DNA from: an uncultured Gammaproteobacteria bacterium
GTDB lineage: Bacteria; Patescibacteriota; Microgenomatia; UBA8517
Reading direction: 5' to 3'
Length of the DNA stretch: 64,000 nucleotides
Assembly (NCBI GenBank): GCA_964599625.1
Contig: CAZRGC010000001.1
Location: 179,388-243,387 of the forward strand
Shown: piece after piece, positions 45,613 to 55,301 of the stretch
Layout: each line of letters begins with the position of its first letter
Position numbering within the stretch: position 1 is the first letter of the stretch
Program-made: the position numbers and the translations under genes
Notes under the pieces: model-generated
What the model was told of the DNA's origin: nothing
The model's input: only the letters and a program-made list of their open reading frames with translations
The model's database searches: none

Positions 45613-47634
45613 ATGTTTACTGACGTTTCTGATTTGTGTCAAAAAATATCTAACTTTTCTGGCTTGACCGAAGATTCAAGGAAGGTAAGAAAGAACTACA
45701 TTTTTGTGGCAGTTAAGGGAAAGACCACCGACGGCCACGCTCACATAGGTGATGCACTAGAAAGGGGTGCCTCACTTGTTATATGTGAACAAAAACCAAA
45801 CACTTTCAATGGTAATTTCTTAAAGGTGGATGATTCACGTGTTGCTTTGTCTCAGGTTGCGGCCGCGTTTTACGGCTACCCTTCGAGGAATTTGAGGATC
45901 GTCGGTGTGACTGGAACAAAAGGAAAAACTACGACTTCCCACATGATTTATCATATTTTGCAGAAAACCGAAGGTAACACCGGACTCATTTCGACCATAG
46001 TTGCCAAAATAGGAGGAAAAGACTTTGGTACAGGGTTTCATGTAACAAGTCCTGATGTAATAACTTTAAATAAATTCCTCAGAGAGATGGTTGATGCTGG
46101 TTGCAAGTATTGTGTGTTGGAAGTTTCTTCCCATGGAATTGATCAAAAACGCATTTCAGGCATAGATTTTGAAGTTGGTGTTGTTACTAATATAGCACCG
46201 GAACATCTGGACTATCATGGAACTTACAAAGAGTATAAGAGGGTCAAAATGAGTTTTGTTAATTCTGCAAAAAACAAAGTAGTAATGCCAAAAGAAACAG
46301 ATATAAATATCTTTCCCGGAAAATTCAATAATCTCGACGCCGAGTCTGCGGTAAATGCTGTTTCGTTTTTGGGAATTGACCGCAAGACCTCACTTGAGGC
46401 ATTGGAAAGTTTCGAATTACCAGAAGGGAGACTCCAGAGGGTGGAAAACAGTTTGGGTATTGATATTTTTATTGATTTTGCACATACACCTGACTCCTTA
46501 GAGGCGGCATTGACATATTTCAAAAGCATAACCTCTGGAAGGTTGATTTCTGTATTTGGGTGCGCTGGTGAGAGAGATGTAAAAAAACGCAGGAAAATGG
46601 GGAGAATTTCTGAAAATATTTCAGATTATTCGATATTTACAGCAGAAGACCCAAGGCGAGAAAATTTAACTGACATTTTTGCACTAATGAAGAAAGATGC
46701 TAAAAATTTTATTTGTATTCCTGAACGTGGGGAAGCGATTGCATATGCATTATCATATGCAAAAAGGGGCGATACGGTTGTTTTTTTGGGAAAGGGTCAT
46801 GAGTCAAGTATGGCATATAAAGGGTTTGAACACCCATGGAGTGATAAAGAAGAAATTAATAACTTTTTATCTCGGGACGAGAGTGTTTCGGCAATTGTTC
46901 TTGCTGCAGGCAGAGGTTCTAGGATGAAGTCTTCTAAACCCAAGATTTTGCATGAAATATGCGGTAGGCCAATGATTTCGTATAGTTTGCAGAATTTAAG
47001 GAGGGCTGGAGTTGGCGAGATAATAGCTGTTGTTTCTTACAGGAAAAATCTGGTGATCAATGCAATTAAGGGTGAAGTGAAAACTGCTTTCCAAAAAAAC
47101 CCTAAGGGCGGAACTGGGGATGCTGCACGCGTTGGTATGAGTAAGGTCTCAGAAAAAGCCAAATCCGTTATGGTTCTTTATGGAGATGATACAGCTTTCT
47201 ATTCACCCGATACAATTTCAAAAGTAATTAAGAACCATCATAGTAACCGAGCTGTGATCACATTCATAACTCTTACAAAAGAAAATCCTTACGGACTTGG
47301 TAGGATTGTTAGGAACAGAAACGGCGACTTGGTAAAAATAGTGGAGGAAAAAGATGCCAACGAAGAAGAGAAGAAGATTTCCGAGGTAAATGATGGTCTG
47401 TATGTTTTTGATAGAAATTGGTTTGAGGAAAACGTTACTAAGATAAACCCCAGCATGGTAACCAGGGAATTGTATATAGTTGATCTTATCAAAATGGCGA
47501 TTGAACAAAATAAGAAGGTTACTGCTTACCGGCTGCCTACCGATATTGAATGGCAAGGTGTAAATACACCAGCAGAGTTGGAAAAGGCAAAAGAAAAAAT
47601 GGAAGAACGTCTCAAGGTTTTTTCTAATGGTTAA
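45613..47634 (+). CDS. murE: MurE ligase fused to a C-terminal GlmU-like uridyltransferase (NTP transferase) domain
   Basis: MurE: DSRKV, DGH, GVTGTKGKTT, LEVSSHG, EHLDYH, GRL, DFAHTPD, EDPR, GKGHE. From about 46885: LAAGRGSRMKS..PK, GTGDA, YGD, GRIVR, IVEEKDA, GVN. No LbH domain. Confidence 0.93.
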   Translation: MFTDVSDLCQKISNFSGLTEDSRKVRKNYIFVAVKGKTTDGHAHIGDALERGASLVICEQKPNTFNGNFLKVDDSRVALSQVAAAFYGYPSRNLRIVGVTGTKGKTTTSHMIYHILQKTEGNTGLISTIVAKIGGKDFGTGFHVTSPDVITLNKFLREMVDAGCKYCVLEVSSHGIDQKRISGIDFEVGVVTNIAPEHLDYHGTYKEYKRVKMSFVNSAKNKVVMPKETDINIFPGKFNNLDAESAVNAVSFLGIDRKTSLEALESFELPEGRLQRVENSLGIDIFIDFAHTPDSLEAALTYFKSITSGRLISVFGCAGERDVKKRRKMGRISENISDYSIFTAEDPRRENLTDIFALMKKDAKNFICIPERGEAIAYALSYAKRGDTVVFLGKGHESSMAYKGFEHPWSDKEEINNFLSRDESVSAIVLAAGRGSRMKSSKPKILHEICGRPMISYSLQNLRRAGVGEIIAVVSYRKNLVINAIKGEVKTAFQKNPKGGTGDAARVGMSKVSEKAKSVMVLYGDDTAFYSPDTISKVIKNHHSNRAVITFITLTKENPYGLGRIVRNRNGDLVKIVEEKDANEEEKKISEVNDGLYVFDRNWFEENVTKINPSMVTRELYIVDLIKMAIEQNKKVTAYRLPTDIEWQGVNTPAELEKAKEKMEERLKVFSNG

Positions 47635-48901
47635 AATACATTTTATCGGCATTGGAGGAAGCGGAATTTCGGGTATTGCTAAACTCGCAAAACTTTCGGG
47701 GTATGAGGTTGATGGTTGTGACGTTCAAAAAGATACTGCTTACACGCAAAATATTTTTGAGGGACATTCGAAGGATCATGTAGTTGGGGCAGATTTGGTA
47801 GTCACCTCACCTGCATTGTTTTTTTCCGACAAAACTAATCCCGAGATCGAACTTGCCAGAGAGCAAAATAAACTTTTAACATGGCAGGAATTTTTGGGTA
47901 CCTATCTTCAAAAAAATAAGAAAGTTATCTGTGTTGCAGGAACCCATGGTAAATCCACAACAACCGCAATGGCAGCAAAACTCTTGGAAGATAACGGCTT
48001 TGACCCATCGGTGACGATTGGCGCAGTTATTAAAAGTACGGGAAATAATTACAGATTTGGTAAAGGGAAATATTTTGTAACAGAGGCAGACGAGTTTTTT
48101 AATAATTTTTTGAATTATAACCCTGAAGTAATAGTATTAAACAATATAGAGTTTGACCATCCGGATTTTTTTAAATCAAAGGAGGATGTTTACGAAAGTT
48201 TTAGAAAATTTGTTAAGAGGCTTACCGGTGCCAAGGTTCTTATTGCAAATGCAGGTGACCCCGGAGTTTTGGAAATTCTCAAAGATATCGGTAATGACGT
48301 TAAAGTTTTGAGTTACTCAGACGATGACGGTCTGAATATTCCCAATCTCAAAGTCCCCGGAGTGCACAATAAGATGAACGCAAAAGGAATCTTTATGTTG
48401 GGACGTCTTCTAAAGATAGATGACAAAAAAATAGCAGAAAGCTTGGCCGGATTCGAAGGTATCGCACGAAGATTGGAAATCGTGAACGAGGGCGGAAAAT
48501 TTAAAGTTTTTGATGATTACGCACATCACCCCACAGCCATCAAAGAAACTCTTAAGGCTTTAAGATCAATGTTTCCCAAAAATAGAATAATTGCGGTTGA
48601 TGAACCGCATGGTTTTGCCCGGTCTTCAAAGCTTTTGACGGAGTACTCGGGAGTGTTTGATAATGCGGATATTTCATTCATAGGGCCAATATTTAAAGCC
48701 CGCGACACGGAAAGTTTTGGTATGAACCCGGGGGTAGTTGCACAAGCTTCTAAAAACGCAAATGTAAAAGGTTTTAATTCGTTTCCCGAAATATTAGACG
48801 AAGTCAAAAAGATTATTAAAAAAGGAGATGTAGTTTGTGTTATGGGGGCAGGGGACAGTTATAAATGGGCAAGGGAGATATCCAAGATAGATACAAATTA
48901 A
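47627..48901 (+). CDS. murC: UDP-MurNAc--L-alanine ligase
   Basis: HFIGIGGSGIS, AGTHGKSTTT, EADE, NIEFDH.D, RRLE, DDYAHHPT, MGAG. Confidence 0.95.
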   Translation: MVKIHFIGIGGSGISGIAKLAKLSGYEVDGCDVQKDTAYTQNIFEGHSKDHVVGADLVVTSPALFFSDKTNPEIELAREQNKLLTWQEFLGTYLQKNKKVICVAGTHGKSTTTAMAAKLLEDNGFDPSVTIGAVIKSTGNNYRFGKGKYFVTEADEFFNNFLNYNPEVIVLNNIEFDHPDFFKSKEDVYESFRKFVKRLTGAKVLIANAGDPGVLEILKDIGNDVKVLSYSDDDGLNIPNLKVPGVHNKMNAKGIFMLGRLLKIDDKKIAESLAGFEGIARRLEIVNEGGKFKVFDDYAHHPTAIKETLKALRSMFPKNRIIAVDEPHGFARSSKLLTEYSGVFDNADISFIGPIFKARDTESFGMNPGVVAQASKNANVKGFNSFPEILDEVKKIIKKGDVVCVMGAGDSYKWAREISKIDTN

Positions 48902-49929
48902 TGAAAACTATACAAGGAAAAAGTTTTAAAGATCTTACAACTTTTGGCATTGGAGGAAAAATAAAACATTATGTTGAGGTTTCATCGGAAGATGAAATTA
49001 GAGATGTTTCTAAATTTGCGAAGGATGAAAAGTTGGATATTTTTGTCTTGGGGGGCGGGAGTGACATTTTGGTTTCTGACAAGGAATTTGACGGATTGGT
49101 TGTGCATTATAAAAAAGCTGACATAAATCTATCGAATGAGAACGGAAAATATTTTTTGAGTGTTTGCTCTGGAGCTATCTGGGACAGTGTTGTGGAATAT
49201 ACAGTTGCAAAAAATCTTCAGGGAATAGAATGTTTGTCGGGAATTCCCGGTTTTTCAGGGGCAGCCCCCATCCAGAATATTGGTGCATATGGCCAGGAGA
49301 TAAAAGATGTATTTGTCTCACTTAAAGCTTATAACTTTGAAGAAGACAAATTCGAGACTTTCGACAAAAACATGTGTGAATTTGGGTATAGGGAAAGTGT
49401 TTTCAAAACAAGCAAATACTGGCAAAAATATTTGATTACAGAAATGACATTGGAGCTCAAGAAAAACTACCCACCGTTTGTGGAATATGAATCATTGAAA
49501 AAATATTTGTCAGAAAAAAGTATAACAACGCCTACATTTGGTGAAGTAAGAGAGGCAGTGCTGCAAATAAGGTCCGGTAAATTTGAAAATCCGCGGGAAA
49601 CGGGAAACGCGGGGTCGTTTTTCAAAAATCCGATCATAGAAAACAGTAAGGCTACCGAGTTAATGGAAAAATTTCCTGATATAAAACTCCGGGAGCTGCC
49701 GGATGGTAAATATAAGTCTTTCGCTGCGTGGTTTGTTGAGAAATCCGGTTGGAAAGGAAAGACCCTGGGAGGTGCGGGGGTGTCGTCGCAGCACGCGCTA
49801 ATTCTCATTAATAAATCGGGATCGGCAAAATCAAGTGATGTTTTTGATTTGTCGGAGGCGATAATTAAAGACGTGTCCGTAAAGTTTGGAATTACTTTGG
49901 AAAGGGAAGTTCAACTTATAAATTTCTAA
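48901..49929 (+). CDS. murB: UDP-N-acetylenolpyruvoylglucosamine reductase
   Basis: TTFGIGG, LGGGSD, LSGIPG..GAAPIQNIGAYG, FGYR.S, GSFFKNP, LEREV. Confidence 0.95.
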   Translation: MKTIQGKSFKDLTTFGIGGKIKHYVEVSSEDEIRDVSKFAKDEKLDIFVLGGGSDILVSDKEFDGLVVHYKKADINLSNENGKYFLSVCSGAIWDSVVEYTVAKNLQGIECLSGIPGFSGAAPIQNIGAYGQEIKDVFVSLKAYNFEEDKFETFDKNMCEFGYRESVFKTSKYWQKYLITEMTLELKKNYPPFVEYESLKKYLSEKSITTPTFGEVREAVLQIRSGKFENPRETGNAGSFFKNPIIENSKATELMEKFPDIKLRELPDGKYKSFAAWFVEKSGWKGKTLGGAGVSSQHALILINKSGSAKSSDVFDLSEAIIKDVSVKFGITLEREVQLINF

Positions 49930-51233
49930 TGAATTACTCAAATAAAAAAATTGCCATTTTAGGTTTTGGTATCGAAGGTAAGGACGCGGCATCTTTTTTG
50001 TTGAGTAAAGGCTCCTTGGTGACAGTGCTTGATAAGAACGAGAATTTGGACAAAGGTGACTTCGAAAGTTTGGGAATAAGATTTATTTTAGGAGATAAAT
50101 ATCTTGAAAGTGATTTGAACGAATTTGACTATATAGTCAGGTCTCCGGGAATATATAGATTTTGTAAAGAAATACTAGAGGCAGAGAGTTTGGGTGTAAA
50201 AGTTACCTCGGCACTACAGATTTTTATGGATGAAACAAAAGCAAAAATAATTGGTGTTACTGGTACAAAAGGCAAGGGTACAACTTCGACACTGATTTAC
50301 GAAATTCTTAAGGAAGTTGGTAATAAAGTATTTTTAGTCGGCAATATTGGCAAGCCTTATTTGGAACTATTGCCAAAACTGGATCCTGACACTTGGGTGG
50401 TTATGGAAATGTCTTCATTTCAGCTTATTGACATCAAAAAATCTCCCAACATTGCGGTGGTACTGAATATTACGTCAGACCACATGGATTGGCACAAAAA
50501 CAACAAAGAATATATTGACGCAAAAAGCAATATTGTAGCTTGGCAAAACAAAGAAGATTACGCGCTTTTGAATTCTGAGTACCAATCGTCAAAGAGTTTC
50601 GCGTCGATGACCACCGCAAAAGTTATATATTTTTCAAAGTCGGAGTTGCCCGAAGAATATAAAGAAAATTTACTTCTAAGAGGCGAACACAACCTTGAAA
50701 ACATTGCGGCAGCAGTTGCCGTATCAAAACTGCTTAACATTAAAAAAGATAAAATATTGCAAACCATACAAAATTTTAAAGGTTTGGAACACCGCCTAGA
50801 ATTGGTTGCGGAAGTGAAGGGTGTTAAGTACTACAACGATTCTTTTGCAACAGGACCTCAACCAACCGTCGCTGCGATCAAGTCGTTTAACGAACCACAA
50901 ACAGTCATATTGGGCGGATCTGATAAGAACTTAAATTTCGATACTCTGGCGGAAGAGATTAAAAACAATGCTTCGGTTAAAAATGTAATACTAATTGGTG
51001 AAACGGCAGCCAAAATTAAACTTGCTTTGGAAAGCGTCAAAGTGAGCGTCAATCTTTTTTCGATGGGTAAGCCAAGTATGTTAGAAATTGTAACAAAAGC
51101 AAAAGAAGTAACACCCGTTGGGGGTGTAGTTGTATTGTCTCCGGCGTGCGCCAGTTTTGATATGTTTAAAAATTACAAAGATAGGGGTAATCAATTCAAA
51201 GAGGCGGTTCTGCTTTTGAATAATGAAAAATAA
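49929..51233 (+). CDS. murD: UDP-MurNAc-L-Ala--D-glutamate ligase
   Basis: RSPG, GVTGTKGK.TT, GNIG, EMSSFQL, DHMDWH, HRLE, YNDS, LSPACASFD.F..Y..RG..F. Confidence 0.96.
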   Translation: MNYSNKKIAILGFGIEGKDAASFLLSKGSLVTVLDKNENLDKGDFESLGIRFILGDKYLESDLNEFDYIVRSPGIYRFCKEILEAESLGVKVTSALQIFMDETKAKIIGVTGTKGKGTTSTLIYEILKEVGNKVFLVGNIGKPYLELLPKLDPDTWVVMEMSSFQLIDIKKSPNIAVVLNITSDHMDWHKNNKEYIDAKSNIVAWQNKEDYALLNSEYQSSKSFASMTTAKVIYFSKSELPEEYKENLLLRGEHNLENIAAAVAVSKLLNIKKDKILQTIQNFKGLEHRLELVAEVKGVKYYNDSFATGPQPTVAAIKSFNEPQTVILGGSDKNLNFDTLAEEIKNNASVKNVILIGETAAKIKLALESVKVSVNLFSMGKPSMLEIVTKAKEVTPVGGVVVLSPACASFDMFKNYKDRGNQFKEAVLLLNNEK

Positions 51234-52023
51234 ACCGATTGGTATTTTTGACTCCGGTTTGGGCGGGTTGACCGTGACCAAGGAGATAATAAAATTACTT
51301 CCGAATGAAGATATTGTTTATTTGGGTGACACCGCAAGGGTTCCCTATGGAACAAGAAGTGCGGAAGTTGTAAGGGATTTTTCACTTGATGATGCAAAAT
51401 TTTTACTTACCAAAGATGTCAAAGTCGTTGTAATTGCATGCAACACAGCTTCTGCCTTGGCAGGTGATTGGATAAAAGAAAAAATAAAAATACCGGTTTT
51501 CGAAGTTATTGCCCCTGCAGCCAAATTGGCAGCAGAAACAACAGTCAACAACAAAATCGGCGTTATAGGCACTCGCGGCACAATTGGGAGCAATGTTTAT
51601 CAGAGGCTGATTAAAAAGAATAATAAAAATGCCGAAATAACTGCGACGGCATGCCCGCTATTTGTACCATTCATCGAAGAAGGAGTTGTAGAATCCGAGG
51701 CCTTGAAAATTATCGCATCAAACTATTTGAAAGACATCATAAACAAAGACGTAGATACTTTAGTAATGGGTTGTACACATTATCCGATTATAGAAAATGT
51801 GCTAAGAAGCATTATGGATGAAAATGTGAATATTATTAACCCCGGCGTTTGTCAGGCAAAAGAAGTTTATAGTTTTTTAAAAAATAACGATCTTTTCAAA
51901 GACGAGAAAGGTGAAGTGGTAAGGTCGTATTACGTAACAGACTTTACTGAAAGATTTGTAAAAGTTGCCGAAATGTTTTTAGGTGGTAAAATACACGGAA
52001 GTTTGCAAAAAGCAGTACTTTAG
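51223..52023 (+). CDS. murI: Glutamate racemase
   Basis: IFDSGLGGLTV, DTARVPYG, IACNTAS, GCTHYP. Confidence 0.97.
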   Translation: MKNKPIGIFDSGLGGLTVTKEIIKLLPNEDIVYLGDTARVPYGTRSAEVVRDFSLDDAKFLLTKDVKVVVIACNTASALAGDWIKEKIKIPVFEVIAPAAKLAAETTVNNKIGVIGTRGTIGSNVYQRLIKKNNKNAEITATACPLFVPFIEEGVVESEALKIIASNYLKDIINKDVDTLVMGCTHYPIIENVLRSIMDENVNIINPGVCQAKEVYSFLKNNDLFKDEKGEVVRSYYVTDFTERFVKVAEMFLGGKIHGSLQKAVL

Positions 52024-53058
52024 ATGAAACAAAAAACACGTGTCGCCGTGATTATGGGAGGCAATTCTTCCGAACATGAAATTTCTTTTCTTTCGGGAAG
52101 CAATGTTATTCAAAGTTTGGACAAAAGTGAATACGAAATCCTTCCTGTGGTGATATCAAAAACAGGAAAGTGGCAACTAACTTCGGCAGAAAGTATCAAA
52201 AAAATCAGCAACCCCATTGACTTTAAAAATACAACAAAAGAGATATCTTTATACAAAAAAAGCGAAATAAAAAATTTCCGCAACTCGCTGTCTGGAAAAG
52301 TCGATGTTGCCTTTATTGCGCTGCATGGAAAAAACGGTGAGGACGGGAGCATCCAGGGTTTTTTTGAAACTTTGGGTGTTAAGTATACCGGCTCTGGCGT
52401 GCTGGCATCGTCCTTGGGTATGGATAAAATTATGTTTCGCAAAATGATGGAGAGGGAAAAAATTCCTGTACCAAAATATATAGTAGTTAAAAAGGGTGAT
52501 AACTTTAAAAAAATAAAAAAACTTCTAAAGCGCCCGCCGTATTTTGTTAAGCCGAGCGACCAGGGTTCCTCAGTAGGGGCATCTGTTGTTAAAAAAGAAA
52601 AAGATTTGGGAAAGAGTCTCAAACTCGCACATCAGTATTCTGACCTGGCACTTGTTGATAAGTTAATAAAAGGCAGGGAAGTCACGTGCGCTATTTTGGG
52701 AGGAATAAAACCAACTGCACTGCCCCTTGTTGAGATTGTTACCAAGAACGAATTCTTTGATTATGACGCAAAGTATTCAGAAGGTGGGGCAGAAGAAATA
52801 GTGCCTGCTCGGGTTGGAAAAAGACTCACTAAGAAAGTCCAAGAGATCTCATTGGCTGTATATAGGGCATTGGGATGCAAAGGATTTGCGAGAGTTGATT
52901 TCATAATAGAAGACAATCAATCCCCGTACGTTTTGGAAATTAATACGATACCGGGTCTTACTGAAATGTCACTTTTACCAAAGGCTGCTAAAGCTTATGG
53001 TATCGAGTACCCCAATCTTATTGGTAGAATAATAGGAAATGCACTCAAAGGATATTAA
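52024..53058 (+). CDS. ddl: D-alanine--D-alanine ligase
   Basis: GG.SSEHEIS, LHG..GEDG.IQG, VKP..QGSSVG, FDYDAKY, ARVDF, LEINTIPG. Confidence 0.96.
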   Translation: MKQKTRVAVIMGGNSSEHEISFLSGSNVIQSLDKSEYEILPVVISKTGKWQLTSAESIKKISNPIDFKNTTKEISLYKKSEIKNFRNSLSGKVDVAFIALHGKNGEDGSIQGFFETLGVKYTGSGVLASSLGMDKIMFRKMMEREKIPVPKYIVVKKGDNFKKIKKLLKRPPYFVKPSDQGSSVGASVVKKEKDLGKSLKLAHQYSDLALVDKLIKGREVTCAILGGIKPTALPLVEIVTKNEFFDYDAKYSEGGAEEIVPARVGKRLTKKVQEISLAVYRALGCKGFARVDFIIEDNQSPYVLEINTIPGLTEMSLLPKAAKAYGIEYPNLIGRIIGNALKGY

Positions 53059-54184
53059 CCCGCTTATATCTTGGTGGATGACTCCCAAGCTTCCATACGA
53101 AGACATATATGAATTACCCCTTTTGAAAAAAAAGGGTTTTTCAAGCAAGGTGGTCCACCTGCTTTCGGGATGGGTTATTCATCCGATAAAAAGACGTTTA
53201 GCCAGATATTATGTGGCTTTCCTACAAAAAAGAGGGCTTACAGTGATAGGAATCACCGGCAGTGCCGGTAAAAGTACGACCGCAAAAATGGTTGGAGATG
53301 TCCTTTCTAAAAAAGCCAAGACGATTGTTACACCTCCAGGGATAGATCCTGTTTACAATATTCCCAACACAATTCTTAAATGTGACGGTGATACAAAGTT
53401 TTTGGTGTTGGAAATGTCCGTCGAGTTTCCTGGGGAAATGGATTATTACTTGTGGTTGGTCAAGCCAGACGCTGCGATTATTACAAATATCTTTGCGTCA
53501 CATTTGGAGTTTTTTAAAGACTTGGATGGTGTTTTGAAAGAAAAAGGAAAACTTCCCAAAGTAATTGATTCCAATAACGTTGTGTTTTTAAACCAAGACG
53601 ATCAGAGGCTGGAAAAATTTGCTGGATCACTTAAGTCTAGGGTAATTTGGTTTAGATCCAAAGGGGACCCTATAGCTGACAACTGGGAGGCAGCAAAAGC
53701 TGTGGGGAATTACTATGGTGTGGAAAAGAAATACCTTTTGAGCGTAAAGAAAAATTTTGCAAACCCCGACCACAGAATGCAGCTAATAAGAAAGGGAAGT
53801 ATTACTATTTTAGATGATACTTACAATAGCAATCCTTCTGCTGCAATCGCAGTAGTTAAACATTTTGCCAAACTTTCTAAGGGTTTTAGAATTGTAGTCC
53901 TTGGAGACATGCTTCAGATGGGGGTGTATGACCAAGAAGCTCATAAAGTTGTGGGAAAAGAAGTTGCCAGATATAAATTTGATGTTTTTGTAGGAGTGGG
54001 AAAGTCTTCGGAGCTTACTGCCAAAATAGTAAAGATGCACTCAAGGGGAACCAAGGTGATTTGGGCAAAAAATTGCGAAGAAGCCATACCGGTTGTAAGA
54101 AATATGCTCAAACCTGGAAGTTATGTTTTGGTTAAAGGTTCTCGCTCTATCGGTTTAGATAAACTTGTCGACGCAATCTCCTGA
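53039..54184 (+). CDS. murF: UDP-MurNAc-tripeptide--D-Ala-D-Ala ligase (lacks the canonical N-terminal domain)
   Basis: GITGSAGKSTT, VLEM, HLE, DDTYNSNP, VLGDML, LVKGSR; start uncertain (53039/53078). Confidence 0.9.
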   Translation: MHSKDINPLISWWMTPKLPYEDIYELPLLKKKGFSSKVVHLLSGWVIHPIKRRLARYYVAFLQKRGLTVIGITGSAGKSTTAKMVGDVLSKKAKTIVTPPGIDPVYNIPNTILKCDGDTKFLVLEMSVEFPGEMDYYLWLVKPDAAIITNIFASHLEFFKDLDGVLKEKGKLPKVIDSNNVVFLNQDDQRLEKFAGSLKSRVIWFRSKGDPIADNWEAAKAVGNYYGVEKKYLLSVKKNFANPDHRMQLIRKGSITILDDTYNSNPSAAIAVVKHFAKLSKGFRIVVLGDMLQMGVYDQEAHKVVGKEVARYKFDVFVGVGKSSELTAKIVKMHSRGTKVIWAKNCEEAIPVVRNMLKPGSYVLVKGSRSIGLDKLVDAIS

Positions 54185-54216
54185 AGGTTGTTTTCACGCT
54201 CAATCTGAATTATCAT

Positions 54217-55278
54217 ATGCTCATGGGTTCATCCAATTTTTTGCCGCTTGTTTTGGGCCTCTTAATTTTTTCTTTCATGATTTCTTCAGTTCTTATAGTT
54301 CCGTTTATAAATTTGCTTTTTAAATTAAGAATTACCAGAAGGAAGGAGGCGCCCAAAAAGGGAAAAGTTCCACTTTTTGACAAACTTCATGACTCAAAAG
54401 CCGGCACTCCTGTGGGTGGCGGCATCTTTATAATCGCAATCGTTGCAATTTTCTTTGCTGTTCTTTTTCCACTCTCTGCCGGTTTGGGGGTATTTGTTGA
54501 GACAGCCTATGACCTTAAAAGTGAACTTTTCGTTATATTTTTCACCTTTATATCATTTGGAATTTTAGGCTTGTCCGACGATCTTCTTAAGATCTTTGGT
54601 AAGCCAACAAAAGGTGTTTTGGGTTTGTGGTTTGGATTAAGGAGAAAACAAAAGTTTCTTCTCCAGTGGATTTTGGCTCTTCTTGACGCTTACTTTATTT
54701 TCAAACTTCTAGGGATACACATTATAAATATTCCTATGGTTCATGTAGTTATAGATTTGGGAATTTGGTACGTTCCATTTGCTGCATTTGTTATCGTTGC
54801 CTTTACTAACGCTTTCAACGTCACAGATGGTCTTGATGGACTTTCTACCGGTTTACTTCTTATTTGTTTAGCGGCATTTGGAATAATTGTTGCAAGTCAT
54901 TTGGATACGCCGCTTTCTCTTTTTATAGCATTGTGGGTAGGTGCTCTGATTGCATTTTTGTATTTCAATATCTGGCCGGCAAGAATATGGTTGGGGGATG
55001 CAGGGGCTTTGTCATTTGGGGCAACCCTGGCTGTAATTGGACTGCTTACAGGAAGTATTGTGGCTCTTCTGATAATAGGAGGAATATTTGTTATTGAAAT
55101 TGCTTCCTCGGCACTGCAGATTTTGGGTTGGAAATATCTAAAACGCCCCATCTTGCCAATAGCACCAATTCACCATTCGTTTTTGGCCATGGGTTGGGAG
55201 GAGCCTAAGATTGTTATGAGAGCTTGGCTTTTGGGAATAATGCTGGCAATATTTGGACTTTGGCTTGCCACAATATGA
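54217..55278 (+). CDS. mraY: Phospho-MurNAc-pentapeptide transferase
   Basis: KAGTP.GGG, SDD, NAFNVTDGLDGL, LGDAG, APIHH. Confidence 0.96.
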   Translation: MLMGSSNFLPLVLGLLIFSFMISSVLIVPFINLLFKLRITRRKEAPKKGKVPLFDKLHDSKAGTPVGGGIFIIAIVAIFFAVLFPLSAGLGVFVETAYDLKSELFVIFFTFISFGILGLSDDLLKIFGKPTKGVLGLWFGLRRKQKFLLQWILALLDAYFIFKLLGIHIINIPMVHVVIDLGIWYVPFAAFVIVAFTNAFNVTDGLDGLSTGLLLICLAAFGIIVASHLDTPLSLFIALWVGALIAFLYFNIWPARIWLGDAGALSFGATLAVIGLLTGSIVALLIIGGIFVIEIASSALQILGWKYLKRPILPIAPIHHSFLAMGWEEPKIVMRAWLLGIMLAIFGLWLATI

Positions 55279-55301
55279 CACTCCTTTGATATTATTATTT
55301 A

